Of a stretch of DNA of 53,106 nt, positions 38,003 through 50,624 are shown piece by piece. The notes beneath the pieces were generated by a model. The model ran no database searches and was not told the DNA's origin. It saw nothing but the letters and a program-made list of their open reading frames with translations. The stretch covers positions 44,970 to 98,075 of the forward strand of contig CM119270.1 of NCBI GenBank assembly GCA_051294375.1, in the 5' to 3' direction. Each line of letters begins with the position of its first letter. Positions within the stretch are counted from its first letter, which is position 1. The DNA comes from Paraspadella gotoi. Lineage: Eukaryota; Animalia; Chaetognatha. Made by a program: the position numbers and the translations under genes.

Positions 38003-38884
38003 TTTTTAGTCGGATCTGCTTTCAGCAGATCCCGACTCTATGATTCACTTTGTCGGTCCGTCAGTCCACCCCCTCAATCTTGTTGGGCATTCACTTATGA
38101 TTATGATAAATTATGCAAAAAAAAATGATGTTCATCCGTCGGTCTGTCTGTCTGACTGTTCGTCCATCCTTCTGTCCGTACGTCCGTCCGTCCGTCAATC
38201 CGTCCGTCCGTCGTCCCACCTTTGCAAAAAGCTTCACTAATGGTTGGATTGGAATGAAATTTTGTGTGTGGGTGGGAAAGTGTGTGATGAAGCTGAATTT
38301 AAAGTTTCAATGGAATCGAGCGAGTGGAAATCAGTTTAAATGGAAAAAACATAAGTCGCATTTACTAAAATCTTTTTACTTATTTTAACCAATATTAATC
38401 TAATTAATCATAATTAGATGGATAGATTGCGTTGAAATTTTGTGTGTGGATAGGAAAGTGTGTGACGAGGCTTTATATAAAGTTTTGATGGAATTGTGCC
38501 AGTGGAAATGAGTTTAAATGGAAAAAACATAAGTCACATTTACTTGAATCTTTATTATTTATTACTAATAAATGTTTAATTAATTAATTAATTAATTAAT
38601 GTGTAAAAATGTGATGTAATTTAACAAAATTATGCAAGTTGAAAAAATTAAGCAATTTGAAAAAAGATGCAAGTTAAAAAAATTATGCAAGTTGAAAAAA
38701 TGATGCGAATTGTAAAAATGATGAAAATTGAAAAAATGATGAGAGTTGAAAAATGATACGAGTTCAAAAAAAAAAAAGGTGCGAGTTCAAAAAAATTTAA
38801 AAAAATATTGTGATTTATCATCTGATTAGCTGATTACCGCCTAATTATCGGAGGCAGATCCGACATTGTTTGCTCAAACTTGTT
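38003..38884 (+). mobile_element. Full-length HINE/DINE-1-like non-autonomous Helentron
   Basis: 5' subTIR GTCGGATCTGC (38009-19) within a hairpin with GCAGATCCCGAC; (GTCC/GTCT)n; two internal core repeats; 3' subTIR GCAGATCCGAC (38854-64); stem-loop 38868-79; T-rich flanks; no TSD. Confidence 0.78.
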
Positions 38885-39003
38885 TTACTTTGATCAGATA
38901 AGTTAAATTAGATTTTTTTTACAGATTTCATTTCGATGTTTTCTTATATCCTCATTAATAAGTCGTGATGTTTATCAGTGACCTCTTTGCAATGGCCTCT
39001 TAT

Positions 39004-39290
39004 CATTGACCGAATGTCATTAATTTTAACTTTCGCCTATCAATTCATTTCCTTTTATCATTTGTATCATTGACCCGATGTCATTAACCCTTTTTCTCAC
39101 ATTTCAATTTCTTTCCTTTTCATCATTTTGACATTGACGCTATGTCATTAACTTTGTCTCTCTTAATAAAATTTGTTTTCCTATTTATTATTTTGTCATC
39201 GACCCGATGTCATTAACTTTTTCTCTCACTTTCAATTTTTACTCCTATTTATCATTTTGTCATTGACCCGATGTCATTAACTTTTTCTAT
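39004..39290 (+). repeat. ~64-bp tandem repeat, ~5 copies (duplicate at 30441-30730)
   Basis: CATTGACCCGATGTCATTAAC recurs at ~39004, 39068, 39132, 39196 and 39261. Confidence 0.85.
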
Positions 39291-39706
39291 CACCTTTCAT
39301 TTTTTTTTAGTTTTCTCATTTATCATTTTCGATTTTGTTTTGGACCTAGAAATGTTTTTCCTTTCGGTTTTTGTCTGTTTACATTTATCACCATGGAAAC
39401 CGACCTCAACAGGAAAGCGACACAAACGTAAATAAATAAACAGGAAAAAGAGAAAGAAATATGTCTGGAAAAAAATGAGGGCAACTTGAATAAAGGACAT
39501 AAAGATATAAATCGTTATAAGTTAAATTTAACAGTTGACAATCAAACGTAAAGGAGTTTATAAATTCAAACAAATTTTCGTCAGACGGTTTCGGGATTTC
39601 CTCCAGATTTTATTCATACATAAATTTTAAGCGTTTTGCTTAAATTTGTTAAAACAAAAAATAAAATAATAAAAAATGACAAAAAAAGTAAAAAAAACGG
39701 AAATAA

Positions 39707-39737
<31 letters not shown>

Positions 39738-39797
39738 GAGAGAGAGAGAGAGAGGGATGAGAGAGGAGAGAGAGAGAGAAGAGAAGAGAGAAAGGAG

Positions 39798-39840
<43 letters not shown>

Positions 39841-40066
39841 AAGTGAGAGAGAGAGAGAGAAAGTGAGAGAGAGAGAGAGAGAGTAAGTGAGAAGAGACAG
39901 ACCGCCAGTGACAAACGATCTCACTAATTGCGTTTTTTCTGTCACTCACTGACATTTGTTCTGTCATTGAACTAACTCGCTCTCGTTATTTTTCGTTTTA
40001 AGGAAAAAGAGACAAAAATGACATAAAAATTCTTCAGAAAACTACAAAGATGATGACATAGATGTA

Positions 40067-40100
<34 letters not shown>

Positions 40101-40102
40101 AT

Positions 40103-40465
40103 TATGATGATAACGGCCGGTCTTTGTGTCTGTCTCTCTGTCTATCAAGATGGCATTTCTTTGTGTCTGTCTCTCTGTCTATCCAGATGGCATGCCTTTG
40201 GGTCTGTCTCTCTGTCTATAGATGGCATGCCTTTGTGTCTGTCTCTTTGTCTATCAAGATGGCAAGCCTTTGTGTCTGTCTCTCTGTCTATCAAGATGGC
40301 ATGCCTTTGTGTCTGTCTGTTTGTCTATAGATGGCATGCCTTTGTGTCTGTCTCTCTGTCTATCCAGATGGCATGCTTTTGTGTCTGTCTCTCTTTCTAT
40401 GCAGATGGCATGCCTTTGTGTCTCTATGTCTATCCAGATGACATGCCTTTGTGTCTATCTCTCTA
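40103..40465 (+). repeat. 35-37-bp minisatellite, ~10 copies (duplicate at 31565-31915)
   Basis: Unit TTTGTGTCTGTCTCTCTGTCTATCAAGATGGCATGCC. Confidence 0.92.
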
Positions 40466-40542
40466 AATGTCTGTCTGTCTCAGTGTCTGTCTAGATCTCT
40501 AGCTAACTGTTTCTATGTCTTTCTGTTTCACTGTCTTTCTGT

Positions 40543-40959
40543 CATCACAGGAAACGGATTGATCGTGTAGCTTGTCTCGCTTGTCTCGTTTGGCTTTTCT
40601 GCCTTCTCTCTCAACCAATCAGAGAGGTGGCTTCTCTCTCGACCAATCAGAGAGGTGGCTTCTCTCTCGACCAATCAGAGAGGTGGCTTCCCTCACGGAA
40701 TCGACGGGAGAGAGATGAGAGAAGAAACGAGGCAGTCTTCAACTTACCCTCAAGAAACTAACATCATAATTCCCAAGTTCATGAACATGAACTCCCGTCG
40801 ATTCCGTGAGGGAAGCCACCTCTCTGATTGGTCGAGAGAGAAGCCACCTCTCTGATTGGTCGAGAGAGAAGCCACCTCTCTGATTGGTTGATAGAGAAGG
40901 CAGAAAAGCCAAACGAGACAAGCGAGACAAGCTACACGATCAATCCGTTTCCTGTGATG
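40543..40959. mobile_element. 417-bp foldback/MITE DNA transposon with 168-bp TIRs and 4-bp TSD (CTGT)
   Basis: Left arm 40543-40710 and right arm 40792-40959 are reverse complements with one visible mismatch. CTGT lies at 40539-42 and 40960-63. Each arm has three 28-bp subrepeats GACCAATCAGAGAGGTGGCTTCTCTCTC. Confidence 0.9.
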
Positions 40960-41267
40960 CTGTCAACTGTCATTTAATTTTTCCCATACATATTTTAATT
41001 ATGTAAAGATTCTATATAGAAAGAACTGACAAGCCAATTGACCGACAGACCGACCAATCGACCACCTGACCGACTGACAGTTCGATAGTCCAACCGACTG
41101 ACAGACCGACCGACTGACCAACAGACTGACCGACCGACCAACCAACCGACTGACAGACCGACCGACCAACTGACAGACAGACCGACCTACGTGAAGGCGC
41201 ATGATTTCCTGATTCCAGACGAAAATCCCATTTGCTTCTGAAGCCCCTGGTGGCGGCAATGGAGCTG

Positions 41268-41327
<60 letters not shown>

Positions 41328-42422
41328 TTCTCTTATGGCTTTGCAAAGGAGGACGGGCGGAGGTGTAGTTCAAACTAAATGTAAGATATACGATATAATA
41401 TTTTATCAAATGTTTGCTTAGGAACGTACTCTTAAAGGTCATCTTCATTGTAAAAAAGTTCTATTTTACAGTTTTTTTACAAACTATTACAATTAAATTT
41501 CTCTCAAAGCAAAAAAGAATAGCCTAGCATTGTAGGATGGAGATGTAGCAAATTTAATCATTGTAGGATGAAGTTGTAGCAAAATTAATCATTATTTACT
41601 TATTAATCATTACCCATAATTCATCATAAACAATTACTATACCGTTATATTCTCTATCTTCTGAAAAAGATTGAAATATGTTTCTACACAGTATGCGACA
41701 CTATGCAACACAATGCAACACTATGCACAGCAGCAACTGACTTAACACGCGATTCAAGAAAAAGTTTTTTCTTTTTCTTTTTTCTTTTACTTTTTTTTAC
41801 TTTTTTTCAGAATTCGTTTCGTGTCTTATGAAGAAAACTAAATTTTTTTCTTTGCTTAACTTGAATTCTTATGTTATAATGTTTATATCTTTTTAACAAT
41901 ATTTTCTAACAAAGAAAAAAAATGAAAGAAAGTCAACGCGATTATCCGAATGTTTTTTTTTTAGCTAAATATTAATAAATATTAATCCTGCTTCTGCTGC
42001 ATTTTTAAACAGATTAATATTTTTTTTCAGCCACATTTCTTAAGAAATTCATTCTTTTTTTCTGATTTTTTAAAAGAAACATGAATGTCAGCCGCATTTA
42101 TAAAGAGATTTATTATTTTTCTGCTGCATTTATGAAGAGATTTATTCTTTTTCTGCTGCATTTATAATGAGATATATTTTTTGCGGATTCTTTTATGAAG
42201 AGATTTATATTTAAAGAGATTTTCTTTATAGCCAAACAGTTTTTAAAAAGGATATATTTTTCTTTTTCTTTTTTTACTGAGTAACTATTTTCAGGAATTA
42301 ATTCCCTAACTAGTGGCTTATTAAGTAACAAGTGTTTTGATTTCAAATTTTCTTCTACTTTTTTGTCTTTTTATCTGCTTTGCCCCCTCGCTCTCTATTC
42401 TACCCACTCGCTCCGTCTCTAT

Positions 42423-42494
<72 letters not shown>

Positions 42495-44123
42495 CTCTCT
42501 TTTTCCCCTTTTTTATTCTTTTCTTTTTTTCCCAAATTTGTTTTTTCTTCTTTCATTTATTTCGTTGTCTTCACACGACTCGTCGTCGTCGTCGTCTTCT
42601 TCCTCGTCGTCGTTATGATCGTCGTCGTCGTCGTCTTCTTCCTCGTCGTCGTTGTGATCGTCGTCATCGTCGTCGTCATCTTCTTCTTCGTCGTCGTCGT
42701 CGTCGTCGTCTTCGCGTCTTTTTCTTCCTTCTTCTTTTTATTCCGACTTCGAATTTTTTAACTTCGAAACAAAAAAAATTAAAACAAAAAAGTTTTTTAT
42801 TTTTAAAATCGAATTTAAAAAAAAATAACGATTTTTTTTAAACACTTTTTTACGATTACTATATTATTATCATTATTACGATTACGATTATTAGACAAAA
42901 ATAAATAATACATTCAACTTTTAATATCATCATTTTAATATACAACACTTCATGCACGTTTCAAAAAAAATTGTCATCTTAAAGATAAAAAAAGTTATTT
43001 ACATATTGAATAAAAAGTCAACGACGACGACGACGACGTCGTCCTTCCGTTTTCACATTAACCCATAAGCGACTCTGTTGTTTATGATTTTTTATCTCGT
43101 TTATTTTTAATCGCGGAAAAAAGATTATATTTTCAACGTAGTAGTCGTTGTTATCGGCGACGGCATTATTCTGTATTCGCTTCGGCATTAAATACGGCAG
43201 CAGCGTTGACTTGGGCATCGTTAGCTGCATCGCGGAAGGCGACGGCGACTTATTACGGCATTTAATACTTAAACTTATGAATAATTCAATAAATTTTCGT
43301 CGTTTTTAATTTTCTTTTTAAAATAACAACTAAATAAGTAAATAAACATAGTTTGTTTGTTAATTTAAATGTCTTTTTCTTTTAATAAAACTTTTCATTC
43401 CTTCCGTTTTAAATTCCACATTTTTAACCTTAATTTCATTTTCTTTTATTCCTTTGTTCAATCGTTGATGTGATAAGTAAATTGAATTAATACACGGACG
43501 TATATCATTTAGAGGTGATCATCAAGGTATCCTGTTAAGTTTTCTTTCTTTTCCTAATTAAAAAAAATAAGTTAATTAACATAATAGGATGTACGAAAAA
43601 GAAGTGAAAGAGATTATACATTTTTTTTTATTTTAAGAATTGTCGATTTTTTTCAACTCGATTTAAAATTTCCAGATAAACACAAATACAAAAAAAAAAA
43701 AAAACAAACAAAAGAAACAATAATTTTTTAGAAAATGAATTCAAAAATTCCTGAGCAGAAACAAAAAAAATGTGCATTTTCATTTTTTTTCCTAATTTCA
43801 ATTTTTGCATTTTAACAAATTCAACCGAACTCAACTGAATTTCAATGATGTGCAAACATGAATAAATGTAATGAACGTTTTTGTTAGTAATAAAAAAATG
43901 AATGAAAAAGAAAATAAATGAAAGTAATGAAAATAAAGAAAAATAAAAAGTCTGGATGAAATAAAAACAATAGTATACATACTTGTAAAAATTCATGAAT
44001 AAATGACTATTTAAATGAATGTATTAATAAAATATTTTTAGAACTTCAATTTTGCCCAAAGCGCGCCGTAAGCATGTTATTTTTAAAGTAAATTTAAAGA
44101 TTGAAAGAAAAAGAAGAGGGTTG

Positions 44124-44182
<59 letters not shown>

Positions 44183-44263
44183 TTTTTGGCTTAGCAGTTT
44201 TAAAAAACCATATCGTTTTATTTTGTGACCCGTTAGGTCAGGGCTAAGGTTAGGTTAAAAAAA

Positions 44264-44520
44264 AGAGATAGAGAGCGAGACAACGAGAGAGCTAGAGAGC
44301 GAGACAACAAGAGAGTGATAGAGAGCGAGACGACGAGAGAGATAGAGAGCGACACAACAAGAGAGAGATAGAGAGCAAGACAACAAGAGAGAGATAGAGA
44401 GCAAGACAACGAGAGAGAGATAGAGAGCAAAACAACAAGAGAGAAATAGAGAGCGAGACAACAAGAGAGAGATAGAGAGCGAGACAACGAGAGAGAGATA
44501 GAGAGCGAGACAATGAGAGA
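44264..44520 (+). repeat. ~28-30-bp GA-rich minisatellite
   Basis: Unit GAGATAGAGAGCGAGACAACAAGAGAGA, ~9 copies. Confidence 0.88.
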
Positions 44521-44649
44521 ATGTAGAAATTGACCTTGAGTCAAATTTCAATCAGTTTGAAAGAATTTATTAATTTTGCGACAGAAAAAGCGAATCGTAC
44601 ATTTGGAGTCGGGTATTGCATAAGTTCATTCCGCCTATAAGCGTGACAC

Positions 44650-44716
44650 TTTCAGTCGTGACCCGGTGGCTCATTGAGTAAAGCCATCAGCTCATGAGTT
44701 CAATCGCCTTATCCAC
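44650..44716 (+). mobile_element. Internally deleted copy of the same SINE (head fused to tail)
   Basis: TTTCAGTCGTGACCCGGTGGCTCATTGAGTAAAGCCATCAGCTCATGA-GTTCAAT-CGCCTTATCCAC. Confidence 0.75.
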
Positions 44717-44893
44717 ACATTACTTGATAACACGATACTCCTGATACTTTAATGCTGCAATCAAACCCTTTTTTGAATTTGCTATTGTCTGACCTTTAAA
44801 GAAAAAGATATTATAAAACATAAACTAGACCAGTAGTATCCCTCTGTATCTTGAAGACATCATCTCAATATAAGCTCACTCTCTCTCTCTCTG

Positions 44894-44951
<58 letters not shown>

Positions 44952-45594
44952 TCTCTTGTTAATGGGCGGATTCCAAAGTCCGAAGTCCAAGGTGAACGCT
45001 GTACCAATGGCGAGACTGCTGACGGACTATTTGTCTCAAATCCAGAGTGCCTCAGAGCTGGCCCGAAAAGACAAAAGGGCAAAGAAAAAACACTCTGAAG
45101 TTGAAAGTGTGTGGATGGTCGACGAGAGGGGTTCTCCACAAGAAGTGGATATGTCGATGCACCAGTGTTAGTGGGCGGATTCTGCGGTGAGGCTGCACGG
45201 CGCGGCAGCGCATCGCTGATTGCCCACAGGGCCAGCCACGAAAGGAGTTCTTTGCGAGCGGCGGGGTGGACCACAAAGGCAGCCTTAATGAGTGGATCTG
45301 TAACGAGAGAGTGGCACACAAAGCTACGGTAAGGCCGGTCAAAACGAGAGAGAGGCACACAAAGAGATGGCAGGGCCGGTCAAATGATCATCACATTATC
45401 ATACCAGCTTAATGGCAAATAATAACGGTGCTCTAAAAGGCCTGAAAAAGAAACGAATAAATGAACAATCAATAATAATAATAATAATAATGTAAATATA
45501 GACGTTTATTGATGAGTCTTTAATGAGTTCAAAAGAGTCTTGGGTGAATCCGCGAAAGTTCTCGGTGATTCTCAAGAGTTTCGCTCCTACTCTC

Positions 45595-45656
<62 letters not shown>

Positions 45657-46691
45657 TGTCTTCCTCCCTCTTCTTTTCGCTCTCTCCCTCTCTATCTTCC
45701 TTCCTTCCTTCCACACCACGGCATCAGTTTTTATGCTTTTTCTTCGACACCAAAATAATTTGCGTTTTTGATGCTTTTTTTATTTTTGCTTTTTTTCCTT
45801 TTTTTTTCTTTTCTTTTTTTGATCGCATATTTTTTTAAGTTCGTGACTTTTTTTTACAGTTGAGGTCATCAATAAAATATTTCAATGACCCCTTCTGGTT
45901 GTTGCCTCTTCCAGATCTGACCTGGCCAGATCTAACCGGATCTGTTTTCAATTGCTCACTCTCTATTTTCTATTTTACCATGAGGACAAATCAGACTTTA
46001 TAAAATCAGTTCAGGCAAAATGAATTCTTCATTATTAGTCACAAGAATTATTAACATTTGATTTGATTTTTTTCTTTTTTGCTTGGATTTCAATCAGAAT
46101 TGTTTTTCTTCCGAATTTCATCAAAGTTTAATTTTGTTATTCAGTTTTTCGGTAAAGTTTTAAAAATCTACTTTTTCCCTTAAAGTTTGTTTTGTTTTTA
46201 ACTTTCTCTCCCCTTAAAAGCTTCCGCCAAAATTTGTAAAAATATTTTTGATTTGATGTCAAATTCGATCGATTTTGATTCTCATCACGTTTGACATGAA
46301 GACCGGAAAAAATTAAATGTTTTGGCAGCCATAAAATCACTCTTTAAAAAATATAATTTAAATGTATATTCTATTTAATGAGTAATATTTTATCATAAAA
46401 AAGGCATCTTTCAAAGTTATTCCCGAATGAATAAGATTAATTTATACTAAAAAAAATTAGAACTAAATTTTTTAATCCGATTAAGAAAAACGCGTGAGTT
46501 TAGACTTTGATTGTTCTTTTGTTGCGGAGGATGAGGAGGAGAAGGATGAGGAGGAGGAGCAGGAGGAGGAGGAGGAGGAAGAAATGTTATGATCGATAAA
46601 AATAGATAAAGATTCGGCGAAGGAGAAACAAATGTTATGATTAATAAATGTAAGAAAGGATAAAGTAAATGAAAGGAAACCAGAGTTAATC

Positions 46692-46747
<56 letters not shown>

Positions 46748-47008
46748 TCGTTAAGTCAATGTTTTTTTCGTTTTTCGTTTTCCAATTAAGATGAAATTAT
46801 GGGCGAAATTTATATCAAAGGATTTTTTAGATTTTCGGAGAGTTGGCAGGATAATTATTTGGATAACTATCACCGAGTCTTACGCATTCACCCGACTCTT
46901 TCTTTTGCATCTTTCTTTCTCTGCGATTAATTCACAAATTTTTTTCTTTGTATTTTTCATACCATGAAATTATATATAACCAATAAAAAAATTATTCATT
47001 CATTTAAT

Positions 47009-47779
47009 AACAAGTTTGAGCAAACAATGTCGGATCTGCCCACGATCATTATCGGTAATTAATTAATTAATAATTAATTCAAGTTAATAAATATTTAATT
47101 AAATAATAATTAATTTATTCAAGTTAATTATTTAATTAATTAGACAATTAATTAATTAATTTGATCCGAAATGTTTGTTTTGATTGATTAATTGACTGAT
47201 TAAATGATTATTCATTAATTAATTAACTAATTGATTAATTAACTGATTAATTATTTGATTAATTAATACATTTTGCATTTACATTTAAAATAAAAAGAAA
47301 AAGAAGCATAATCAATTAGTGAAACAGGTTCTTTGTTTTTTCCATTTCCACTCAAACGATTCCATCGAAACTTGATTTCCAGCTTAATCACACAAATACA
47401 AAATACAAAATTTCAAGTCTATCGCCCCATCCACTCATGAGTAATTGGTTTTCAAATAGTGAAATATTTTTTTTCCATTTAAACTCATTTCCACTCAGAC
47501 GATTCCATCGAAACTTCATATCCAGCTCAATCACACACTTCCCTACCCACACACAAAATTTCATTCCAATCCATCCATCCAATCTCGAGTAATTGGAGTT
47601 TTTAGATAAGGAGGGACGGACGGACGGACGGACGGACGGACAGATGGACGGACGGTCGAACGGACATCGTTTTTTTTGCATAATTTTTTATGATTCGATG
47701 TTATGATATAAGTGAATGCCCGACAAGATTGAGGGGGCTAACCGACGGACAAAGTGAATTATAGAGTCGGGATCTGCTG
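47009..47779 (-). mobile_element. HINE/DINE-1-like element, independent insertion on the minus strand
   Basis: AACAAGTTTGAGCAAACAATGTCGGATCTGCC at the left, (GGAC)n, and AGAGTCGGGATCTGCTG at the right. Confidence 0.78.
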
Positions 47780-48355
47780 TCCCCTGACTTTGGACAGGCT
47801 TGATGGTTTAAGTCCTCCATCACTGTTACAAGCAGGACTCTTACAAGCAAAAACCTGCAAGCTTTCTATAAAGACTAGTTTATCAACTCCAACTCTTCCT
47901 GACTTCTTCATATTATTCTACTTCTTTTCTTCTTGATTAATATTTCCTCCTCCTCTTCTTCCTCATCCTCCTTCTCTTTATCCTCCTCCTCTTATTCCTC
48001 CTTCTCCTCTTCCTCCTCTACCTCCTCCTGCACCTCGTCTTCCTCCTCTTCCTCATCTTCTTCTTCCTCCTCCTCTCTCAGTCGGACCTCGTTTTCTCTC
48101 TCATGTTCTTGCACAGTGAATTCGGCAGCGAAATTCGGTGATTCTCTCACAGTCGAATCGAAGAGCGAATCCACACAATGAATTTCACCTCAATTTTATT
48201 GATTTAAAAAAAAAACTTTTTACGTCAAGAATAAATCTTTTCTGTTCGACTAAAAAAAAAGAAAATAAAAAAGAAAAAAAAAAGATTCGTTTGTTTGAGC
48301 TAAAAACGAAGGTCTGAATATAAAGAACGAGATAGAGATGGAGAGGGAAAATAAG

Positions 48356-48387
<32 letters not shown>

Positions 48388-48598
48388 NNNNNNNNNNTTT
48401 TTATTAGTGCTTTAGTCTTTCTGTGTTCTTTTCTTTCAATCATTGTTTTGTATCGGTTGTCACTATTTCCTATTTAAAATCAAATCGTTATCTGTGTTGC
48501 TCATCAAAGCTTTTTTTATTTCCTTTTCTTTCTTTTTAATTTCTTTTCAGTTTTTAATTAAAAAATACATTTAATTATCGAACCAGTTTTTAAAAAAA

Positions 48599-48647
<49 letters not shown>

Positions 48648-48844
48648 CTTATCGTCGTTTTTCTCCTTCACTTTAACCACAAATGGAATTTTGTCCTCCA
48701 CCCAGACCTTGATTTTCTCTTCTTTGGTGATTGATGTTGAATAATGATGTAGAAAGCTGATGTGGAAAGAAGATGTCAAAAAAGCAAAGAGTGTAAGGTG
48801 ATGTAGTGAGAACATTTTTCTGATGACAAGAAAGTCTAAAAAGA

Positions 48845-48968
48845 GAGAGATGGAATTTTGATAAGAATGTAATGGAATTTGATGAAAGATAAGATGGAAT
48901 TTCGGTAAAAATGAGATGGAATTTGGTGAAAGAAAAGATGGAATATTATTAAGAATGAAATGGAATTA
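48845..48968 (+). repeat. Degenerate ~22-bp tandem repeat
   Basis: ATGGAAT(T) recurs six times. Confidence 0.7.
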
Positions 48969-49759
48969 AAGAAGAAACCGAATCTAAAGTTTCAACCTGG
49001 AAATCGTGAGGTGAGAGAGAAGCAGATGTGAAATGTGTTCACATTAGACCTGGAATTTGTGAAGGGATGGAAAGAGGGAATAGAAGAGGGGAGAGAGAGT
49101 GGGGTCAGGAAGGGGTAAAGAGAAAAAGTGAGAGTCTTTGAATTTGCGAATCAAAAAATCGAAAAAATCCCAAAATATTTCATTTGAGAATAAAAATGGA
49201 AAGAATAGAGAAAAAAATTCCTTTTAAACGATTTTTTGTTTGGTTTTATTTGAGTAGCGAAACACAAATTCTGTCAAACAAGTGATAAATAAAATTTCTT
49301 TTTCTCTCAAAACTTTTTTATTCGTTTTCGTCTTTGATGGCAAAAAAATCTCTTTTTATAAATTTCCATTTTTACATTTTCCATTTTTCCATTTTTCCAT
49401 TTTTCCTATTTTCATTCTATTACTTTTTTTCCAACGGACATTTTTTAGGATGTGGTAATAATATTTTTTGATTTTCTTTTTTTTAGTTTTCATTAATTAT
49501 TACTTTTACTCATTAAATGTTTCTTCTTTATGTGTCTTCTTCATTTCTTGAAGTTTGTTCTGATTCCAAAAATAGCAAACTAATTTGCGAAATAGTTGAA
49601 GACGATTTTCAAACCCAAACAAAGAAAAAAAATCCTTGGCTCACGAATTCTTTCTTTCTTTTTTCTTCCTTGTTTCTTTCTTTTTTTCTTTTCTTTCTTA
49701 AATCTTCTTTTGAAATCTTGAAGAATCTTTTTTCACTTCATAGAAAATAAATCGATTAC

Positions 49760-50202
49760 TTGAATTGAATAGTAATTGAATAGTAATTGAATAGTAATTG
49801 AATAGTAATTGAATAGTAATTGAATTGTAATTGAATAGTAATTTAATAGGAATTGAATAGTAATTTAATTGTAATTGAATAGTAATTTAATAGAAATTAA
49901 ATTGTAATTGAATAGTAATTGAATAGTAATTGAATAGTAATTGAATAGTAATTGAATTGTAATTGAATTGTAATTGAACAGTAATTGAAATGTAATTGAA
50001 ATGTAATTGAATTGTAATTGAATAGTAATTGAATAGTAATTGAATAGTAATTGAATAGTAATTGAATAGTAATTGAAAAATAATTGAATAGTAATTGAAT
50101 AGTAATTGAAAAGTAATTGAATAGTAATTGAATAGTAATTGAATAGTAATTGAATAGTAATTGAATAGTAATTGAATAGTAATTGAATAGTAATTGAATA
50201 GT
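49760..50202 (+). repeat. 11-bp tandem repeat (TTGAATAGTAA)n, ~40 copies
   Basis: Near-perfect run. Confidence 0.97.
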
Positions 50203-50502
50203 TAAAAGCGTAAACAGAGCGATTGTATTAAATTTAAAAAGAAAATCTTATCTTAAATATTTTTATAAAACTTGAGGTATAAACTAATTTAGGAACTAAA
50301 AATAGTTTAATTTATGAAAATTTTATAAAAAAGATATATAGCTCAGGATATAATGAGATTTTTTAAGCATTAAATCTGCTAAAAATATAATTCAAACTAA
50401 AAACGTTATATGTCTCTCACCAACAAACTTCACTAAACTAGTTGATTCTCTACAAAAATTTTTTACCTAAATCGAAATATTGATTCTTTTCAGAATTAAA
50501 AT

Positions 50503-50577
50503 TTTAGATTTAAATGAGATTTAATTGAGATTTAATTGAGATTTAATTGAGATTTAATTGAGATTTAATTGAGATTT
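50503..50577 (+). repeat. 11-bp tandem repeat (TTGAGATTTAA)n
   Basis: About 6 copies. Confidence 0.93.
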
Positions 50578-50624
50578 CTCTACTTACTTCTCTTTTTATG
50601 CCTCTCTATTTTAATATGTTCTTT

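Larger units (their letters stand above)
35138..42036 (+). repeat. Segmental duplication B, copy 2 (clean)
   Basis: Same landmarks as 26179-33723, with cleaner microsatellites and intact repeat units. Confidence 0.93.

Noticed and set aside
39578-39607. Minus-strand CTGGAGGAAATCCCGAAACCGTC hammerhead-like string (also ~31038-31064)
   Set aside because: It lacks the CTGANGA core and a credible stem I.
43018-48174. Minus-strand ORFs 43018-43230 and 47992-48174 (Glu-rich)
   Set aside because: Short, ending in trinucleotide repeats with stops, and without clear splice sites or homology.
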